Origin: Comamonadaceae bacterium UBA2121
GTDB lineage: Bacteria > Pseudomonadota > Gammaproteobacteria > Burkholderiales > Burkholderiaceae_C
DNA: 64,000 nucleotides
Direction: 5' to 3'
Assembly (NCBI GenBank): GCA_002331385.1
Contig: DCYB01000008.1
Span: 9,100-73,099 of the forward strand
Position 1 is the stretch's first letter, and every line of letters starts with the position of its first letter. The notes below the pieces were generated by a model. It was given only the letters and a program-made list of their open reading frames with translations, was not told where the DNA came from and made no database searches. Both the position numbers and the translations under genes were made by a program. This document shows, in pieces, positions 10,658-22,991 of the stretch.

Positions 10658-11983
10658 TTATGCGCCCAAATGCTTGGCTTGCAGCCGGGGCGTACCGTGT
10701 TGCAAAACACCGCCCACTGTATAGAACGAACCAAAAACGACGATTCTATCAGCCGCATCTGCGGCGGCGACAGCCGCTTGCAGCGCGGCTTCCGGATTGG
10801 CGTGCAGCGAGGTCTTCACTTCGCGCTTGCCGCCCATCACCATCTGCAGCGCGTTCCACTTCTGTTGCAGGTGGGCCGCCGTGTCGGCGCGCGGCGTGGG
10901 CAGGTCGGTGAAATACCAGCGATCGATCAGCGGGCCGATCTTGGTGAGCATGGGCGTGAGGTCCTTGTCCGCCATCGCGCCGAACACGGCGTGCGTGGTG
11001 GGGAAGTAGCCCATCGCATCCAGATTGGCCGTGAGCGCCGCCACCGAGTGCGGGTTGTGCGCAACATCCAGCACCAGCGTCGGCTGGCCGGGAATGATCT
11101 GGAAACGCCCCGGCAACTCGACCATGGCCAGCCCGGTGCGCACGGCTTGCGCGGTCACCGGCAGTTTGTCGCGCAGGGCCTCGAACGCGGCCAGCACGCC
11201 CGACGCGTTCATCAACTGGTTGGCACCGCGCAGCGAGGGATAGGACAGCCCCGCGTAACGACGACCACGCCCCGCCCACGCCCATTGCTGCTTGTCGCCG
11301 GTGAAGTTGAAGTCCACACCAAAGCGCCACAGGTCGGCGCCGATGTCGCGCGCATGGTCGATCACGCTTTGCGGTGCCATCGGATCGCTCACGATGACCG
11401 GTTTGCCCGGGCGCATGATGCCCGCTTTCTCGAAGCCGATGGCCTCGCGGTCGGAGCCGAGAAACTCCATGTGGTCCAGATCGATGCTGGTGATGATGGC
11501 GCAATCCGTGTCCACGATGTTGGTCGCGTCGAGGCGACCACCCATGCCGACTTCCAGAATCACCACATCGAGTCTGGACAGACTCAACAGGCGCAGGATC
11601 ACCAGCGTGGTGAATTCGAAATACGTGAGCGCGATGTCCGGCCCGCCCTGCGTGCGCCCCTGCTCCACGGCGGCGAACTGCTCCACCAGTTGTGCGGCAG
11701 TGACGATCTCGCCATACACACGGCAGCGCTCTTCAAAGTGAACCAGATGCGGCGAGGTGAACACGCCCGGCCTGTACCCTGACTGCAGCGCAACCGCTTC
11801 CAGCATGGCGCAGGTCGAACCCTTGCCGTTGGTGCCTGCCACGGTGATCACGGGGCAGTCAAAATGCAGGTTGAGCCGGCGGGCCACTTCGCCCACGCGC
11901 TCCAGGCCCATTTCGATGTTGCGGGGATGCAGGCTTTCGCAATAGCTCAGCCAGCCGTCCAGGGTGTCAGGTAGATTGTGCAT
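10658..11983 (-). CDS. folC: Bifunctional folylpolyglutamate synthase/dihydrofolate synthase
   Basis: VAGTNGKGST, LEVGMGGRLDATN, LDVAHNP. Confidence 0.95.
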   Translation of the reverse strand: MHNLPDTLDGWLSYCESLHPRNIEMGLERVGEVARRLNLHFDCPVITVAGTNGKGSTCAMLEAVALQSGYRPGVFTSPHLVHFEERCRVYGEIVTAAQLVEQFAAVEQGRTQGGPDIALTYFEFTTLVILRLLSLSRLDVVILEVGMGGRLDATNIVDTDCAIITSIDLDHMEFLGSDREAIGFEKAGIMRPGKPVIVSDPMAPQSVIDHARDIGADLWRFGVDFNFTGDKQQWAWAGRGRRYAGLSYPSLRGANQLMNASGVLAAFEALRDKLPVTAQAVRTGLAMVELPGRFQIIPGQPTLVLDVAHNPHSVAALTANLDAMGYFPTTHAVFGAMADKDLTPMLTKIGPLIDRWYFTDLPTPRADTAAHLQQKWNALQMVMGGKREVKTSLHANPEAALQAAVAAADAADRIVVFGSFYTVGGVLQHGTPRLQAKHLGA

Positions 11984-12030
11984 ACAGCCCTCCATTGTCG
12001 CCCACGCCGCGTTGAGCGATGATGATGGAT

Positions 12031-12399
12031 ATGAGTATCCCCACAATCATCCTCTACGGAATCCCGAATTGCGACACGGTGAAAAAGGCGCGCACCTGGC
12101 TCACCGACCATGGTCTGGAATACCAGTTTCACGACTTCAAAAAGCAAGGCGTCCCAGCCGACCGCCTACCCGCCTGGATGCAGGCCGTGGGGCGCGACAA
12201 GCTGCTCAACACCAAGGGCACGACATGGCGCAAGCTGGACGCCGACGTGCAGGCGCGCGCGGCCGATGCTGCCGGTGCAGCGCAGGTAATGCAAGAGCAC
12301 GCCTCCGTCATCAAGCGTCCGGTGGTCGAGTGGAATGGCACGCCCACAGGCCGCGTCACCGTGGGCTTTGACCCCGCCCTTTGGAACGAATGGGCGTAA
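12031..12399 (+). CDS. ArsC/Spx/MgsR-family protein (YffB-like)
   Basis: YGIPNCDTVKKARTWL, VIKRPV. Confidence 0.88.
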   Translation: MSIPTIILYGIPNCDTVKKARTWLTDHGLEYQFHDFKKQGVPADRLPAWMQAVGRDKLLNTKGTTWRKLDADVQARAADAAGAAQVMQEHASVIKRPVVEWNGTPTGRVTVGFDPALWNEWA

Positions 12400-12551
12400 C
12401 AGGCCTCCAATGTTCATGAGCCCGCCCGGCGCGTCGCGCGGCCCAGCGCTGGTCTTTACGTAGATTTACAGCCGGGCACACGGTTTTTGACGCTGTACCC
12501 CTAAACTTTTTGGAGGTCTGGCGCGTTATGCGGACTGCAATGAGTTCACTC

Positions 12552-13340
12552 ATGAACAAAATCATTGTTTTTGCTGCGCTGGCAGCCACCGCATCCACTG
12601 GTTTTGCCCAGCAGGAGCAGGGGCGCGTGCTGTCGGCGTCGCCCATCATCCAGCAGGTTGCCATCCCGCAGCAGGTCTGCGGCAATGACTATATGTACGG
12701 GCAGCGCCGCCCCACAGGCGGCGGCGCCTTGCTGGGTGCCGTGATCGGTGGTCTGGCCGGCAGCGCCATTGGCGGCGGCTCCGGCCGCGCCGCAGCCACG
12801 GCGATCGGTGCCATGGGCGGCTCCATCTTCGGCAATCAGGTCGAGGCGGGCCCTCCAGGCTATTACCCGGTGCAGCGCTGCGGCACACAAACCAGCTATG
12901 AAACCCGAACCGTCGGCTACGACGTGACCTACGAATACGCGGGCCGGCGATACACCACGCGCACGGACTACGATCCCGGCAACTGGATTTCACTGAGCGT
13001 GCAACCTGCGTCGCGCGATCCGTACGGCGCGAGCGGCTACTACCCACAACCCGCTCCTGTGCCCAACGGCGGATATGGGGCGTATGGCAGCTACGGCAAT
13101 GACGGCTACTACGACAACGGCTACAGCCAGGGCGCTTACTACGACAACGGCGGCTATGACGGCAACCGTTATCCCTCGGACCAAGGCTATTACGGCAACG
13201 GCGGCTACCCTGCGCCCGGCGTGGTGATGTCCGGCAGCTCTGGCACCTACGGCAACGGCTACGACAACACCTATCCGCCCCCGGCAGTGACTGGCGCGGT
13301 CGAGTACCGCAATGCGCGTGGCGAGCCCTATCGCCCCTGA
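12552..13340 (+). CDS. Glycine-zipper 2TM domain protein with Gly/Tyr-rich tail
   Basis: Signal peptide, GALLGAVIGGLAGSAIGGGSG, VGYDVTYEYAG. Confidence 0.8.
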   Translation: MNKIIVFAALAATASTGFAQQEQGRVLSASPIIQQVAIPQQVCGNDYMYGQRRPTGGGALLGAVIGGLAGSAIGGGSGRAAATAIGAMGGSIFGNQVEAGPPGYYPVQRCGTQTSYETRTVGYDVTYEYAGRRYTTRTDYDPGNWISLSVQPASRDPYGASGYYPQPAPVPNGGYGAYGSYGNDGYYDNGYSQGAYYDNGGYDGNRYPSDQGYYGNGGYPAPGVVMSGSSGTYGNGYDNTYPPPAVTGAVEYRNARGEPYRP

Positions 13341-13371
13341 GCACGCGACCGAATGCATGCGCCCATCATGC

Positions 13372-13395
13372 AAAGGAGCCTTCGGGCTCCTTTTT
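13372..13395 (+). terminator. Intrinsic terminator
   Basis: AAAGGAGCC-TTCG-GGCTCCTTTTT. Confidence 0.8.
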
Positions 13396-13538
13396 GCATT
13401 TGTTCGCCCGCGCCTGGCGACGCAGCTTCTCAAGACGGACAAACCGCACCAAAATCCACAGGTGGCCCACGCACGCCTAGAATGGAGGGTTTGACCGACC
13501 CCTCGCTCTCCTGAATTTTTCAGACCCACTCCCATTCC

Positions 13539-15246
<1,708 letters not shown>

Positions 15247-15295
15247 CGCGCCATCGCACATGCAAGGAAGGTCAACCAACCTTCCTTTCGCTGAC

Positions 15296-15321
15296 AGCCG
15301 CCTTACAGGGCGGCTTTTTTC
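15296..15321 (+). terminator. Intrinsic terminator after argG
   Basis: AGCCGCC...GGCGGCT followed by a T-run. Confidence 0.75.
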
Positions 15322-15475
15322 ATTGATCTAACGCAAAGACATGCATCAACATCACGGTTGATCGTTGATTCGCGTCAATTTGACTCCGCAATAACCCTGA
15401 AAAGTAGTTGTCTCGCTTCCAGAATCCAATCTCGATAGTGATCGATCGGATTGTTCACACTTGAAAGGAAGCATC

Positions 15476-17026
15476 GTGACGTCGCCCGTACCCATGGCCG
15501 CCGCACCGACTGTTGCTGGCGTAGCCAAAACTCCTCCTCCCTCCTCCGGCATGACCAAGCGCATCGGACTGGCCGCCGCCATCGCCGCGCTGCTGATCAT
15601 CATCTTCTTGCCTGCCATTCCCGGCCTGCCCCCTTCCGGGCAGATGATGCTGGGCATTCTGGCGTTCGCTGTCATCGTATGGATGACGGAGGCGCTGGAC
15701 TACTCCGTCAGCGCCATCGTCATCGGCGCTTTGATCATCTGCCTGCTGGCGATATCACCCGCGCCGGGCAAAGAGGCTGCCGGCGTCTGGATGGGCACCA
15801 AGGGCGCGCTGCCCTATGCGTTGTCCGGCTTCAGCAGCAGCGCGGTGGTGCTGGTGGCGGCCGCGTGCTTCATCGCCGCTGCCATGACCGCCACGCAACT
15901 GGACAAGCGCATTGCACTGCAAGTGCTGTCCTTTGTGCCCGCGCGTGCCAAGCATGTGGCGATGGGCGCCATTCTGGTGGGCTTCTTGCTGTCGTTCATC
16001 GTTCCGAGTGCCACGGCCCGCATTGCCTGCTTGATGCCGATCATGCTCGGCTTTCTTTCTGCCTTCGGGGCGGATCGGCGCAGCAAGTTCGCTGCACTGG
16101 TCGTGATCACCGCCGCACAAACGGGCAGCGTGTGGAACGTGGGCATCAAGACTGCCGCCGCGCAGAACATGGTGGCCATTGGTTTCATCGAAAAGGAACT
16201 GGGCGCAAACATCACCTGGGGTGAATGGTTTGTGGCCGGCGCGCCCTTCTCTGCCGTGCTCACCGTGGCGCTGTACTTCATCATGACGCGCATGCTCAAG
16301 CCCGAGATGGATTACATCGAAGGCGGCCGTGAAGCCATCCGCCAGCAATTGACCGCGCTTGGCCCGATGACGGCCAACCAAGGCAAGTTGCTTGCCATCG
16401 TGCTCATCCTGCTCGGCTTCTGGGCCACCGAAGGCGTGCTGCACAGCGTGGACACGACCACCTCCACCATCGTGGCCATCGCCGTCATGCTGCTGCCGCG
16501 CGTGGGCGTGATGAGCTGGAAGGAATCGCAAAAGGGCTTCCCATGGGGCACGGTGCTGCTGTTTGCCGTGGGCATCACCATGGGCACTGCGCTGCTCAAG
16601 ACCGAGGCCGCTCCCTGGCTGGCCAAGCTCATCGTCACGCACCTCGGACTGGCCACGGCATCGGCCTTCGCCATCTTCATGCTGCTGTCGCTGTTCCTGA
16701 TCGTGATTCACCTCGGCTTTGCCAGCGCGACCGGCTTGGCGGCCACGATGATCCCCATCATCATCAGCGTGTTGAAAGCCGTGGAAACGCCCGGCATCAA
16801 CCCGATCGGCATGACCATGTTGCTCCAGTTCGTGGTGAGCTTCGGCTTCATCCTGCCGGTGAACTCGCCGCAGGGAATGCTGGCCTACGGCACGGACACA
16901 TTCACCATCCAGGACTATGTAAAGACCGGTCTGGTGCTGACCATCGTTGCCACCGTGCTGCTGGCCGTGTTCGCGCTGACCTACTGGCCGTGGATGGGCT
17001 ACATGACCCTCAAGCCCGCTGGTTGA
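15476..17026 (+). CDS. DASS-family (SLC13) di/tricarboxylate or anion transporter
   Basis: Many TM helices; PSATAR and PVNSPQ (SNT-like) motifs; GTG start after AAAGGA. Confidence 0.82.
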   Translation: MTSPVPMAAAPTVAGVAKTPPPSSGMTKRIGLAAAIAALLIIIFLPAIPGLPPSGQMMLGILAFAVIVWMTEALDYSVSAIVIGALIICLLAISPAPGKEAAGVWMGTKGALPYALSGFSSSAVVLVAAACFIAAAMTATQLDKRIALQVLSFVPARAKHVAMGAILVGFLLSFIVPSATARIACLMPIMLGFLSAFGADRRSKFAALVVITAAQTGSVWNVGIKTAAAQNMVAIGFIEKELGANITWGEWFVAGAPFSAVLTVALYFIMTRMLKPEMDYIEGGREAIRQQLTALGPMTANQGKLLAIVLILLGFWATEGVLHSVDTTTSTIVAIAVMLLPRVGVMSWKESQKGFPWGTVLLFAVGITMGTALLKTEAAPWLAKLIVTHLGLATASAFAIFMLLSLFLIVIHLGFASATGLAATMIPIIISVLKAVETPGINPIGMTMLLQFVVSFGFILPVNSPQGMLAYGTDTFTIQDYVKTGLVLTIVATVLLAVFALTYWPWMGYMTLKPAG

Positions 17027-17130
17027 TCACACTGCCCGGCACACCTCGTCAGCTTCAGTAAGCCTTGCGAGGTGAGCAGGTATTCCGGTTTTTCGAACTG
17101 GCGGTTGAGAGAAAATCATAGGTTGCATAT

Positions 17131-17161
17131 GAATCAATCGGAAACCAAATCCGATTGATTC
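17131..17161. promoter_or_regulatory. Perfect 12-bp inverted repeat upstream of the Bug gene (possible operator)
   Basis: GAATCAATCGGA-AACCAAA-TCCGATTGATTC in an AT-rich intergenic region. Confidence 0.45.
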
Positions 17162-17248
17162 AATTTCGTTGGCCGTCGTCTCACCCGGACCCCGGCTCTG
17201 CCCTTACCGGTGGCTCGACGTGAGCACACCGCCACCAAGGAAACCATC

Positions 17249-18223
17249 ATGCTTCGCAGAAACGCCCTGCTCGCCACCGCCGCCGTCGCACTCACCACGG
17301 GCATGCCCACACTGGTGCACGCCAAGGATCCGTGGCCGGTCAAGACCATCACACTCGTCCAGCCCTACTCTCCGGGCGGCACCAGCGACCTGCTCGCCCG
17401 CATCATTGCGCAAGAGCTGGAAAAACGCATCGACGCTGCCGTCATCGTGGACAGCAAGGCCGGCGCGAACGGCAACATCGCCACGGCATTCGTGAGCCGC
17501 GCCAAGCCGGACGGCGGCACCTTCCTCGTGGGCTCCAGCAGTCCCGTGGTGATCTCGCCAACGCTCTACAAGAGCGTGCCGTACAACCCGCGCACAGACC
17601 TCACCCCCATCACCCCCATCGCCAAGGCCCCGTTCCTGCTGGTGACCAGCGCCAAGTCGGGCATCAACTCGATGGACGATCTGATGAAGCAGATCAAGGC
17701 CGACAAGGTGAACTTTGGCTCCGCTGGTGCCGGTTCGCCCCAGCACATGATCGTGGAAATGTTCCAGATGCAGGCCAAGGTGAAGTCGCCCCACATCCCC
17801 TACAAGGGATCGGCGCCGCTGATTCTGGCCGTGATGTCCAACGAAGTGCAGTACGCCATCGACAACCCCGTGCCGCTCAAGCCGCAAATTGATGCCGGCA
17901 AGATCAAGGCACTGGCCATCACCAGCAAGAACGAATCGCCCAAGTTCCCCGGCGTGAAGAGCCTGCATGAGCTGGGCTTCACCAACTTCGAAGTGGAACC
18001 CTGGTACGGCATGATCGGCTCCAAGAACCTGCCCAAGGAACTGGCCGAGCGCATGAACGGCTACGTGCAGGACATCCTGAAGCAGGACAACGTGAAGAAC
18101 AAGATTTCCGAACTCGGCGCCGAAGCCTATGGCCTGAGCACGGCAGACTTCACCAAGCTGATCGATGCCGACATCAAGAAGTGGGGCGAAGCCGTGAAGG
18201 TGTCGGGCGCCACCGCCGACTGA
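17249..18223 (+). CDS. Bug/TctC tripartite tricarboxylate transporter substrate-binding protein
   Basis: PYSPGGTSDLLAR, GANGNIA, FGSAGAGSPQH, HIPYKGSAP. Confidence 0.92.
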   Translation: MLRRNALLATAAVALTTGMPTLVHAKDPWPVKTITLVQPYSPGGTSDLLARIIAQELEKRIDAAVIVDSKAGANGNIATAFVSRAKPDGGTFLVGSSSPVVISPTLYKSVPYNPRTDLTPITPIAKAPFLLVTSAKSGINSMDDLMKQIKADKVNFGSAGAGSPQHMIVEMFQMQAKVKSPHIPYKGSAPLILAVMSNEVQYAIDNPVPLKPQIDAGKIKALAITSKNESPKFPGVKSLHELGFTNFEVEPWYGMIGSKNLPKELAERMNGYVQDILKQDNVKNKISELGAEAYGLSTADFTKLIDADIKKWGEAVKVSGATAD

Positions 18224-18276
18224 CGCACCCACGGATCGACGCACTGTCATCCCCGCCAGAGTCAGATCAGCACTAG

Positions 18277-18303
18277 AAAGGGCCCGCCGTATGCGGGCCC
18301 TTT
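18277..18303. terminator. Hairpin terminator after the Bug gene
   Basis: AAAGGGCCCGC-cgtat-GCGGGCCCTTT. Confidence 0.7.
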
Positions 18304-18452
18304 GCGTGTGGCGCTTGTATTCCTTTTCCCGTCGGACGACGTTGAATAGCCATGCGCAGCCTCACCGGCTTGAGCCTCCGGCTGACATACCTTCCGTTAC
18401 CGCTCCCCCTACAGTGGGCGGTAGAGTGACTTTTTGGACCACAGGAATCTGC

Positions 18453-18917
18453 ATGAAGAAAATCATTTCCACCGTGCTGGGCGCGTGCATCATCGCTTTT
18501 GGCTCTGGAGCCATGGCTCAGAACACCGCTCCGCAAGGCGAGAACAGCGCCCCCAGCACGCCCACGCGCACCGCCAGCAGCGGACCGAGCCAAGCCGTGC
18601 AGCAAGCGCTGGACAAGCGCATGAGGACGGTGCTTTCTTCACTGGAAGGCGTGGGCGCGGCCCTGAGCGCGGACATGTTCAGCGACGAATTCAGCGCGCA
18701 AGCCAAGCCCGAGCAGGTGCAGCAGGCGCTCAAGCAACTGCATGACGGCGTGGGCGCATGCAAACTGGCGGGTCGCATCCGTGCGAATGCGCCCAATGGC
18801 ACGTCGTATCTGCTGGACTGCCAGAAAGCGTTCGTGCCAGTCGATATCGGTGTGGAGGACAAAGCCCCGCACCGCATTCAAAGCCTGTTCTTCGGCGCCT
18901 CGTACTGGCGCATGTAA
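18453..18917 (+). CDS. Exported hypothetical protein
   Basis: Signal peptide MKKIISTVLGAC...AMA; no family recognised with confidence. Confidence 0.65.
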   Translation: MKKIISTVLGACIIAFGSGAMAQNTAPQGENSAPSTPTRTASSGPSQAVQQALDKRMRTVLSSLEGVGAALSADMFSDEFSAQAKPEQVQQALKQLHDGVGACKLAGRIRANAPNGTSYLLDCQKAFVPVDIGVEDKAPHRIQSLFFGASYWRM

Positions 18918-18935
18918 ATTGCGCGCGGTGGTGGC

Positions 18936-20009
18936 TCAGACCACCACCGGCTCCGGCTCCAGCCGGATGCCGAAGCGCTCGTACACGCTGGTCTGGATTG
19001 CCTTGGCCAGCGTCATCACCTCGCCCCCGGTCACGCTGTCCTCGCCGCTGCCGCGATTGACCAGCACCAGCGCCTGTTTTTCGTACACGCCCGCTTTGCC
19101 GATGGTCTTGCCCTTCCAGCCGCAGGCGTCGATCAACCACCCTGCCGCGAGCTTGATGCTGCCATCGGGCATCGGGTAGTGCACGATCTTTGGCTCGCGC
19201 GCAATGATGTCCACGCACTGGTCAGGCGTCACCGTCGGGTTCTTGAAGAAACTGCCCGCATTGCCGATGACCGCCGGATCTGGCAGCTTGGCGCGGCGAA
19301 TGGCGCACACCCATTCAAAAATCTGCGCAGCCGTGGGCGATTCCACACCCAGCTCTACGCGCTTGCGCTCCAGGTCGGCATAGCCCAGTTCCGGCTTCCA
19401 TTGCTTTGACAGGCGAAAGCGCACATGCGTGATCACCGCACGCCCGGCCAGCCCCATGCCGCGCGGCAGATCGCCATCGTGCTGCGGGGCCTGCGGCGCG
19501 TGCTTGAACACCGAGTCGCGGTAACCAAAGGCGCATTGCGCCGCGTCGAGACGGAAATCCTGGCCCGTGACCAGATCGATCGCGTCGAGGGAGTCGAAGC
19601 GGTCCTGCAACTCCACGCCGTACGCCCCGATGTTCTGCACCGGAGCTGCACCTACCGTGCCGGGAATCAACGCCATGTTCTCCAGCCCCGGATAGCCGTG
19701 CTCGACGGTCCATGCCACCGCGTCATGCCAGGTCTCGCCCGCACCGGCTTCGACGATCCAGTGCCTGTCGGTTTCCTCCACCAGACGCAGCCCCTTGATC
19801 TCCATCTTCAACACTACCGGCTTGACGTCACCCGTCAGCACGATGTTGCTGCCGCCGCCGAGCACGAACACCGGCTGGCCGGCCAGCTTGCCGCCTTCGA
19901 TCAGGTCATGAATGTCCAGCGCACTGTGCGCACGTACAAGCGTGTGGGCCTTGGCGACGATGCCAAAGGTGTTGCAAGACTGGAGGGGAACGTTGTTCTC
20001 GACTAACAT
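18936..20009 (-). CDS. murB: UDP-N-acetylenolpyruvoylglucosamine reductase
   Basis: [35 protein letters not shown]. Confidence 0.95.
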   Translation of the reverse strand: MLVENNVPLQSCNTFGIVAKAHTLVRAHSALDIHDLIEGGKLAGQPVFVLGGGSNIVLTGDVKPVVLKMEIKGLRLVEETDRHWIVEAGAGETWHDAVAWTVEHGYPGLENMALIPGTVGAAPVQNIGAYGVELQDRFDSLDAIDLVTGQDFRLDAAQCAFGYRDSVFKHAPQAPQHDGDLPRGMGLAGRAVITHVRFRLSKQWKPELGYADLERKRVELGVESPTAAQIFEWVCAIRRAKLPDPAVIGNAGSFFKNPTVTPDQCVDIIAREPKIVHYPMPDGSIKLAAGWLIDACGWKGKTIGKAGVYEKQALVLVNRGSGEDSVTGGEVMTLAKAIQTSVYERFGIRLEPEPVVV

Positions 20010-20074
20010 TGACCGATTGTCGCACCCGCGCCCAAAGTGCACCGGGTTTGTATGTAGATTCCGAGAGTAAAGCC

Positions 20075-20560
20075 ATGCCTTCTTTTGATACCGTCCTTGA
20101 AGCCAATTTCGTCGAAGTGAAAAACGCCGTGGAAAACGCCGCCAAGGAAATCGGTACCCGCTTCGATTTCAAGGGCACATCCGCCGCCGTCGAGCTCAAG
20201 GACAAGGTCATCACCATGTTCGGCGACGCCGACTTCCAGCTCCAGCAGGTCGAGGACATCCTGCGCAACAAGCTCACCAAGCGCAATGTGGATGTGCGTT
20301 TCCTGGACATCGAAAAGCCCCAGAAGATCGGCGGTGACAAGCTCAAGCAGGTCGTCAAGGTGCGCAACGGCATCGACGCCGAGAACGCCAAGAAGATCCA
20401 GAAGCTGATCAAGGAAAGCAAGCTCAAGCTGCAAGCCGCGATCCAGGAAGAAAAGGTGCGCGTGACCGGCGCCAAGCGCGACGACCTGCAAGCGGCCATG
20501 GCGCTGATCCGCAAGGACATCGTCGATCTGCCGCTGTCGTTTGACAACTTCCGCGACTGA
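20075..20560 (+). CDS. yajQ: YajQ family cyclic di-GMP-binding protein
   Basis: [26 protein letters not shown] end. Confidence 0.93.
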   Translation: MPSFDTVLEANFVEVKNAVENAAKEIGTRFDFKGTSAAVELKDKVITMFGDADFQLQQVEDILRNKLTKRNVDVRFLDIEKPQKIGGDKLKQVVKVRNGIDAENAKKIQKLIKESKLKLQAAIQEEKVRVTGAKRDDLQAAMALIRKDIVDLPLSFDNFRD

Positions 20561-20566
20561 TTGCGC

Positions 20567-21232
20567 ATGCGGCTGCCTGATCTGCGCCGCAGCCTGCAAG
20601 GCACTGCGGCGGCTGTGCTTCTGGCGTTGAGTGCTGCTCCCGCGTTGGCGCAGCAGGCTGCGCTGGTTGGCGTGCTGGGCACCAAGGCGCTGCTGGTGGT
20701 GGACGGCGGCGCGCCGCGCGCGCTCGGCGCAGGGGAAGCCCTGAATGGCGTGCGGGTGCTGTCCGTCGGCAAGGACAGCGCCGACATCGAAGCCAACGGT
20801 ACGCGCCTCACCCTGCATCTGGGCGACACACCGGTGCATGTCGGCAGTGCCGCCAGCACGGCGGCCACCGGCCGGCTGGTATTGCGTGCCGACTCGCGCG
20901 GGCATTTTGTGAATTCGGGACTGATCAATGGCAAGGTCATGCAATACATGATCGATACCGGTGCCACCACGATCGCCATCAGCCAGAACGAGGCCAAGCG
21001 CATGGGCATCGACTACGAGCGCGGCACGCCCATTCAGGTCAGCACCGGCAACGGCATCGCCAATGGTTGGCGCGTGACGCTGCGCACGGTGCGCGTAGGC
21101 GAAATCGAAGTCCACAACGTGGAAAGCGTCATCCTGCCCCAGCCCATGCCCTACGTGTTGCTGGGCAACAATTTCCTCAGTGCCTTCCAGATGACACGCA
21201 CAAATGACGAAATGATTCTCCAACGGAAATAA
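20567..21232 (+). CDS. Clan AA retropepsin-like aspartyl protease (TIGR02281-like)
   Basis: Signal peptide; MIDTGAT catalytic motif; LLGNNFL. Confidence 0.88.
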   Translation: MRLPDLRRSLQGTAAAVLLALSAAPALAQQAALVGVLGTKALLVVDGGAPRALGAGEALNGVRVLSVGKDSADIEANGTRLTLHLGDTPVHVGSAASTAATGRLVLRADSRGHFVNSGLINGKVMQYMIDTGATTIAISQNEAKRMGIDYERGTPIQVSTGNGIANGWRVTLRTVRVGEIEVHNVESVILPQPMPYVLLGNNFLSAFQMTRTNDEMILQRK

Positions 21233-21287
21233 CGCTGCAATCGTTGTATGCTCTGACTCAAAGGTTTCGCCAATTCAGACCAACGAT

Positions 21288-22277
21288 ATGAGTACGCGCG
21301 CCGCACTCGTCGCCGAAGCAGCGACCACTAATCCATACGAGGAACTGCTGGCCCAGTGGGGGGACATGCAGGCAGCTCTCGGCTTCGTGCTGCACCGGCC
21401 GCGCGAGGTACACGACTTCATCCCCAAAATTCGCCAGCTCGACCAATGGCTGCAAGAACTGGTCGCGCAAGACGTGGACGCCACGCTCTACCTCATGCTG
21501 CAACTGGCCTCCACGAATGCGGTGGGTTACAGCACTTCGCATGCGCTGGTGTGCGCGGCGCTATGCCATATCCTCGGGTTGGAGTTGGGCCTGCCGCGCA
21601 CCGAACGCGACACGCTGGTGCGTGCGGCGTTCACCATGAACATCAGCATTACTGAGCTGCAAGATGAGTTGGCCGAGCGCGCCGATCCCATCAACGCGCA
21701 TCAGCAATCGGCGGTGAACCGCCACGCGGCCCGCAGCCGTGCGCTGCTGGAACAATTGGGCGTGACCGATGCGCTGTGGCTCGACGCCGTGGCCAGCCAC
21801 CACTCGTTCCAGCAAGATCGCGCACGCGAGCCACTCAAGAATCTCACCGTGCGCGAGCGACTGGTGCGTACTTTGGCGACCGTGGATCGCTACGCCGCCT
21901 TCATCAGCCCGCGCAAATCGCGCACCGGGCGCAGCGCCACGGAGTCCATGCGCTCACTGCTTGGCCACGACGTCTCGCGCAGCGATGAGGTGGGCTTTAT
22001 TCTGGTGCGCACGATCGGACTGTGCCCGCCGGGCACCTACGTCAAGCTCGATAACGGCGATACCGCCATCGTGCTGCGCCGGGGCGAATCCACCAGTTTC
22101 CCGGTGGTAGCCAGCCTCATGGACGCCAGCGGCGAGACATATGCCCAACCGGGCCTGCACCACACGGCCAATGGCAAGCCGCGCATCGTCAACGCGCTGC
22201 CGGGCAACAGCGTCAGCATGGGTGCCAATCACCACACGATGGTGCGCATGGGCCTGATGGCCTGCGGGCATCTCTGA
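21288..22277 (+). CDS. Degenerate HD-GYP-like domain protein
   Basis: HD-GYP-type layout with C-terminal GLCPPGTYVKLDNG, but the HD and GYP motifs are substituted. Confidence 0.7.
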   Translation: MSTRAALVAEAATTNPYEELLAQWGDMQAALGFVLHRPREVHDFIPKIRQLDQWLQELVAQDVDATLYLMLQLASTNAVGYSTSHALVCAALCHILGLELGLPRTERDTLVRAAFTMNISITELQDELAERADPINAHQQSAVNRHAARSRALLEQLGVTDALWLDAVASHHSFQQDRAREPLKNLTVRERLVRTLATVDRYAAFISPRKSRTGRSATESMRSLLGHDVSRSDEVGFILVRTIGLCPPGTYVKLDNGDTAIVLRRGESTSFPVVASLMDASGETYAQPGLHHTANGKPRIVNALPGNSVSMGANHHTMVRMGLMACGHL

Positions 22278-22316
22278 GTTCTGAGCGCAGCGCGCAGGGG
22301 CCGCGCTCTCTGCCGC

Positions 22317-22952
22317 TCAGCCCTTCTTCTTGGCGCCCAGCTTGGACTCCTTGCCAGCCATGAGGCGCAGAATGTTCTCTTTGTGGCGCCACACCAGCAG
22401 GCCCGCCATGATGGCGATGGCCACGCCGATGCGTGCGTCCGCATGCCACGCAACACCACCGCCCAGCACATAGAAGAACGGCGCGAACACGGCCGCGATC
22501 AGCGAAGCCAGCGAGGAGTAGCGGAAGAACACCGCAATGATCAACCAGGTCGCAAGCGTGGCCAGCCCGAGCCAGCCACTGATGCCCATCAGCACCCCCG
22601 CAGCCGTCGCCACGCCCTTGCCGCCCTCAAAGCGGAAGAACACGGGCCACAGGTGGCCGAGGAACGCCGCCAGCCCGACCGCGGCGATGGTGCCCTCCTC
22701 CAGCCCGTAAGGCGCGCCAAACCAGCGCACCAGCATCACCGGCAACCATCCCTTCACCGCGTCCAGCAGCAGCGTCAGCACCGCAGCGGCCTTGCTGCCC
22801 GAGCGCAGCACGTTGGTCGCGCCCGGATTCTTGCTGCCGTATGTGCGTGGATCGTTCAGGCCCATGACGCGACTGACGATCACGGCAAACGACAACGATC
22901 CAACCAGATAGGCTGCAATGGTGGCGACGATGGAAAGTACGATGGGGCTCAC
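22317..22952 (-). CDS. plsY: Glycerol-3-phosphate acyltransferase PlsY
   Basis: [27 protein letters not shown]. Confidence 0.95.
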   Translation of the reverse strand: MSPIVLSIVATIAAYLVGSLSFAVIVSRVMGLNDPRTYGSKNPGATNVLRSGSKAAAVLTLLLDAVKGWLPVMLVRWFGAPYGLEEGTIAAVGLAAFLGHLWPVFFRFEGGKGVATAAGVLMGISGWLGLATLATWLIIAVFFRYSSLASLIAAVFAPFFYVLGGGVAWHADARIGVAIAIMAGLLVWRHKENILRLMAGKESKLGAKKKG

Positions 22953-22991
22953 GGTGTCCGATCAGCAAGGGGTGAGAGAGAGTCGAAGCCC

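Noticed and set aside
9864..10724. Plus-strand ORFs with (GSGL/GFRL)n repeats
   Set aside because: They are antisense shadows of the dedD PEPK linker.
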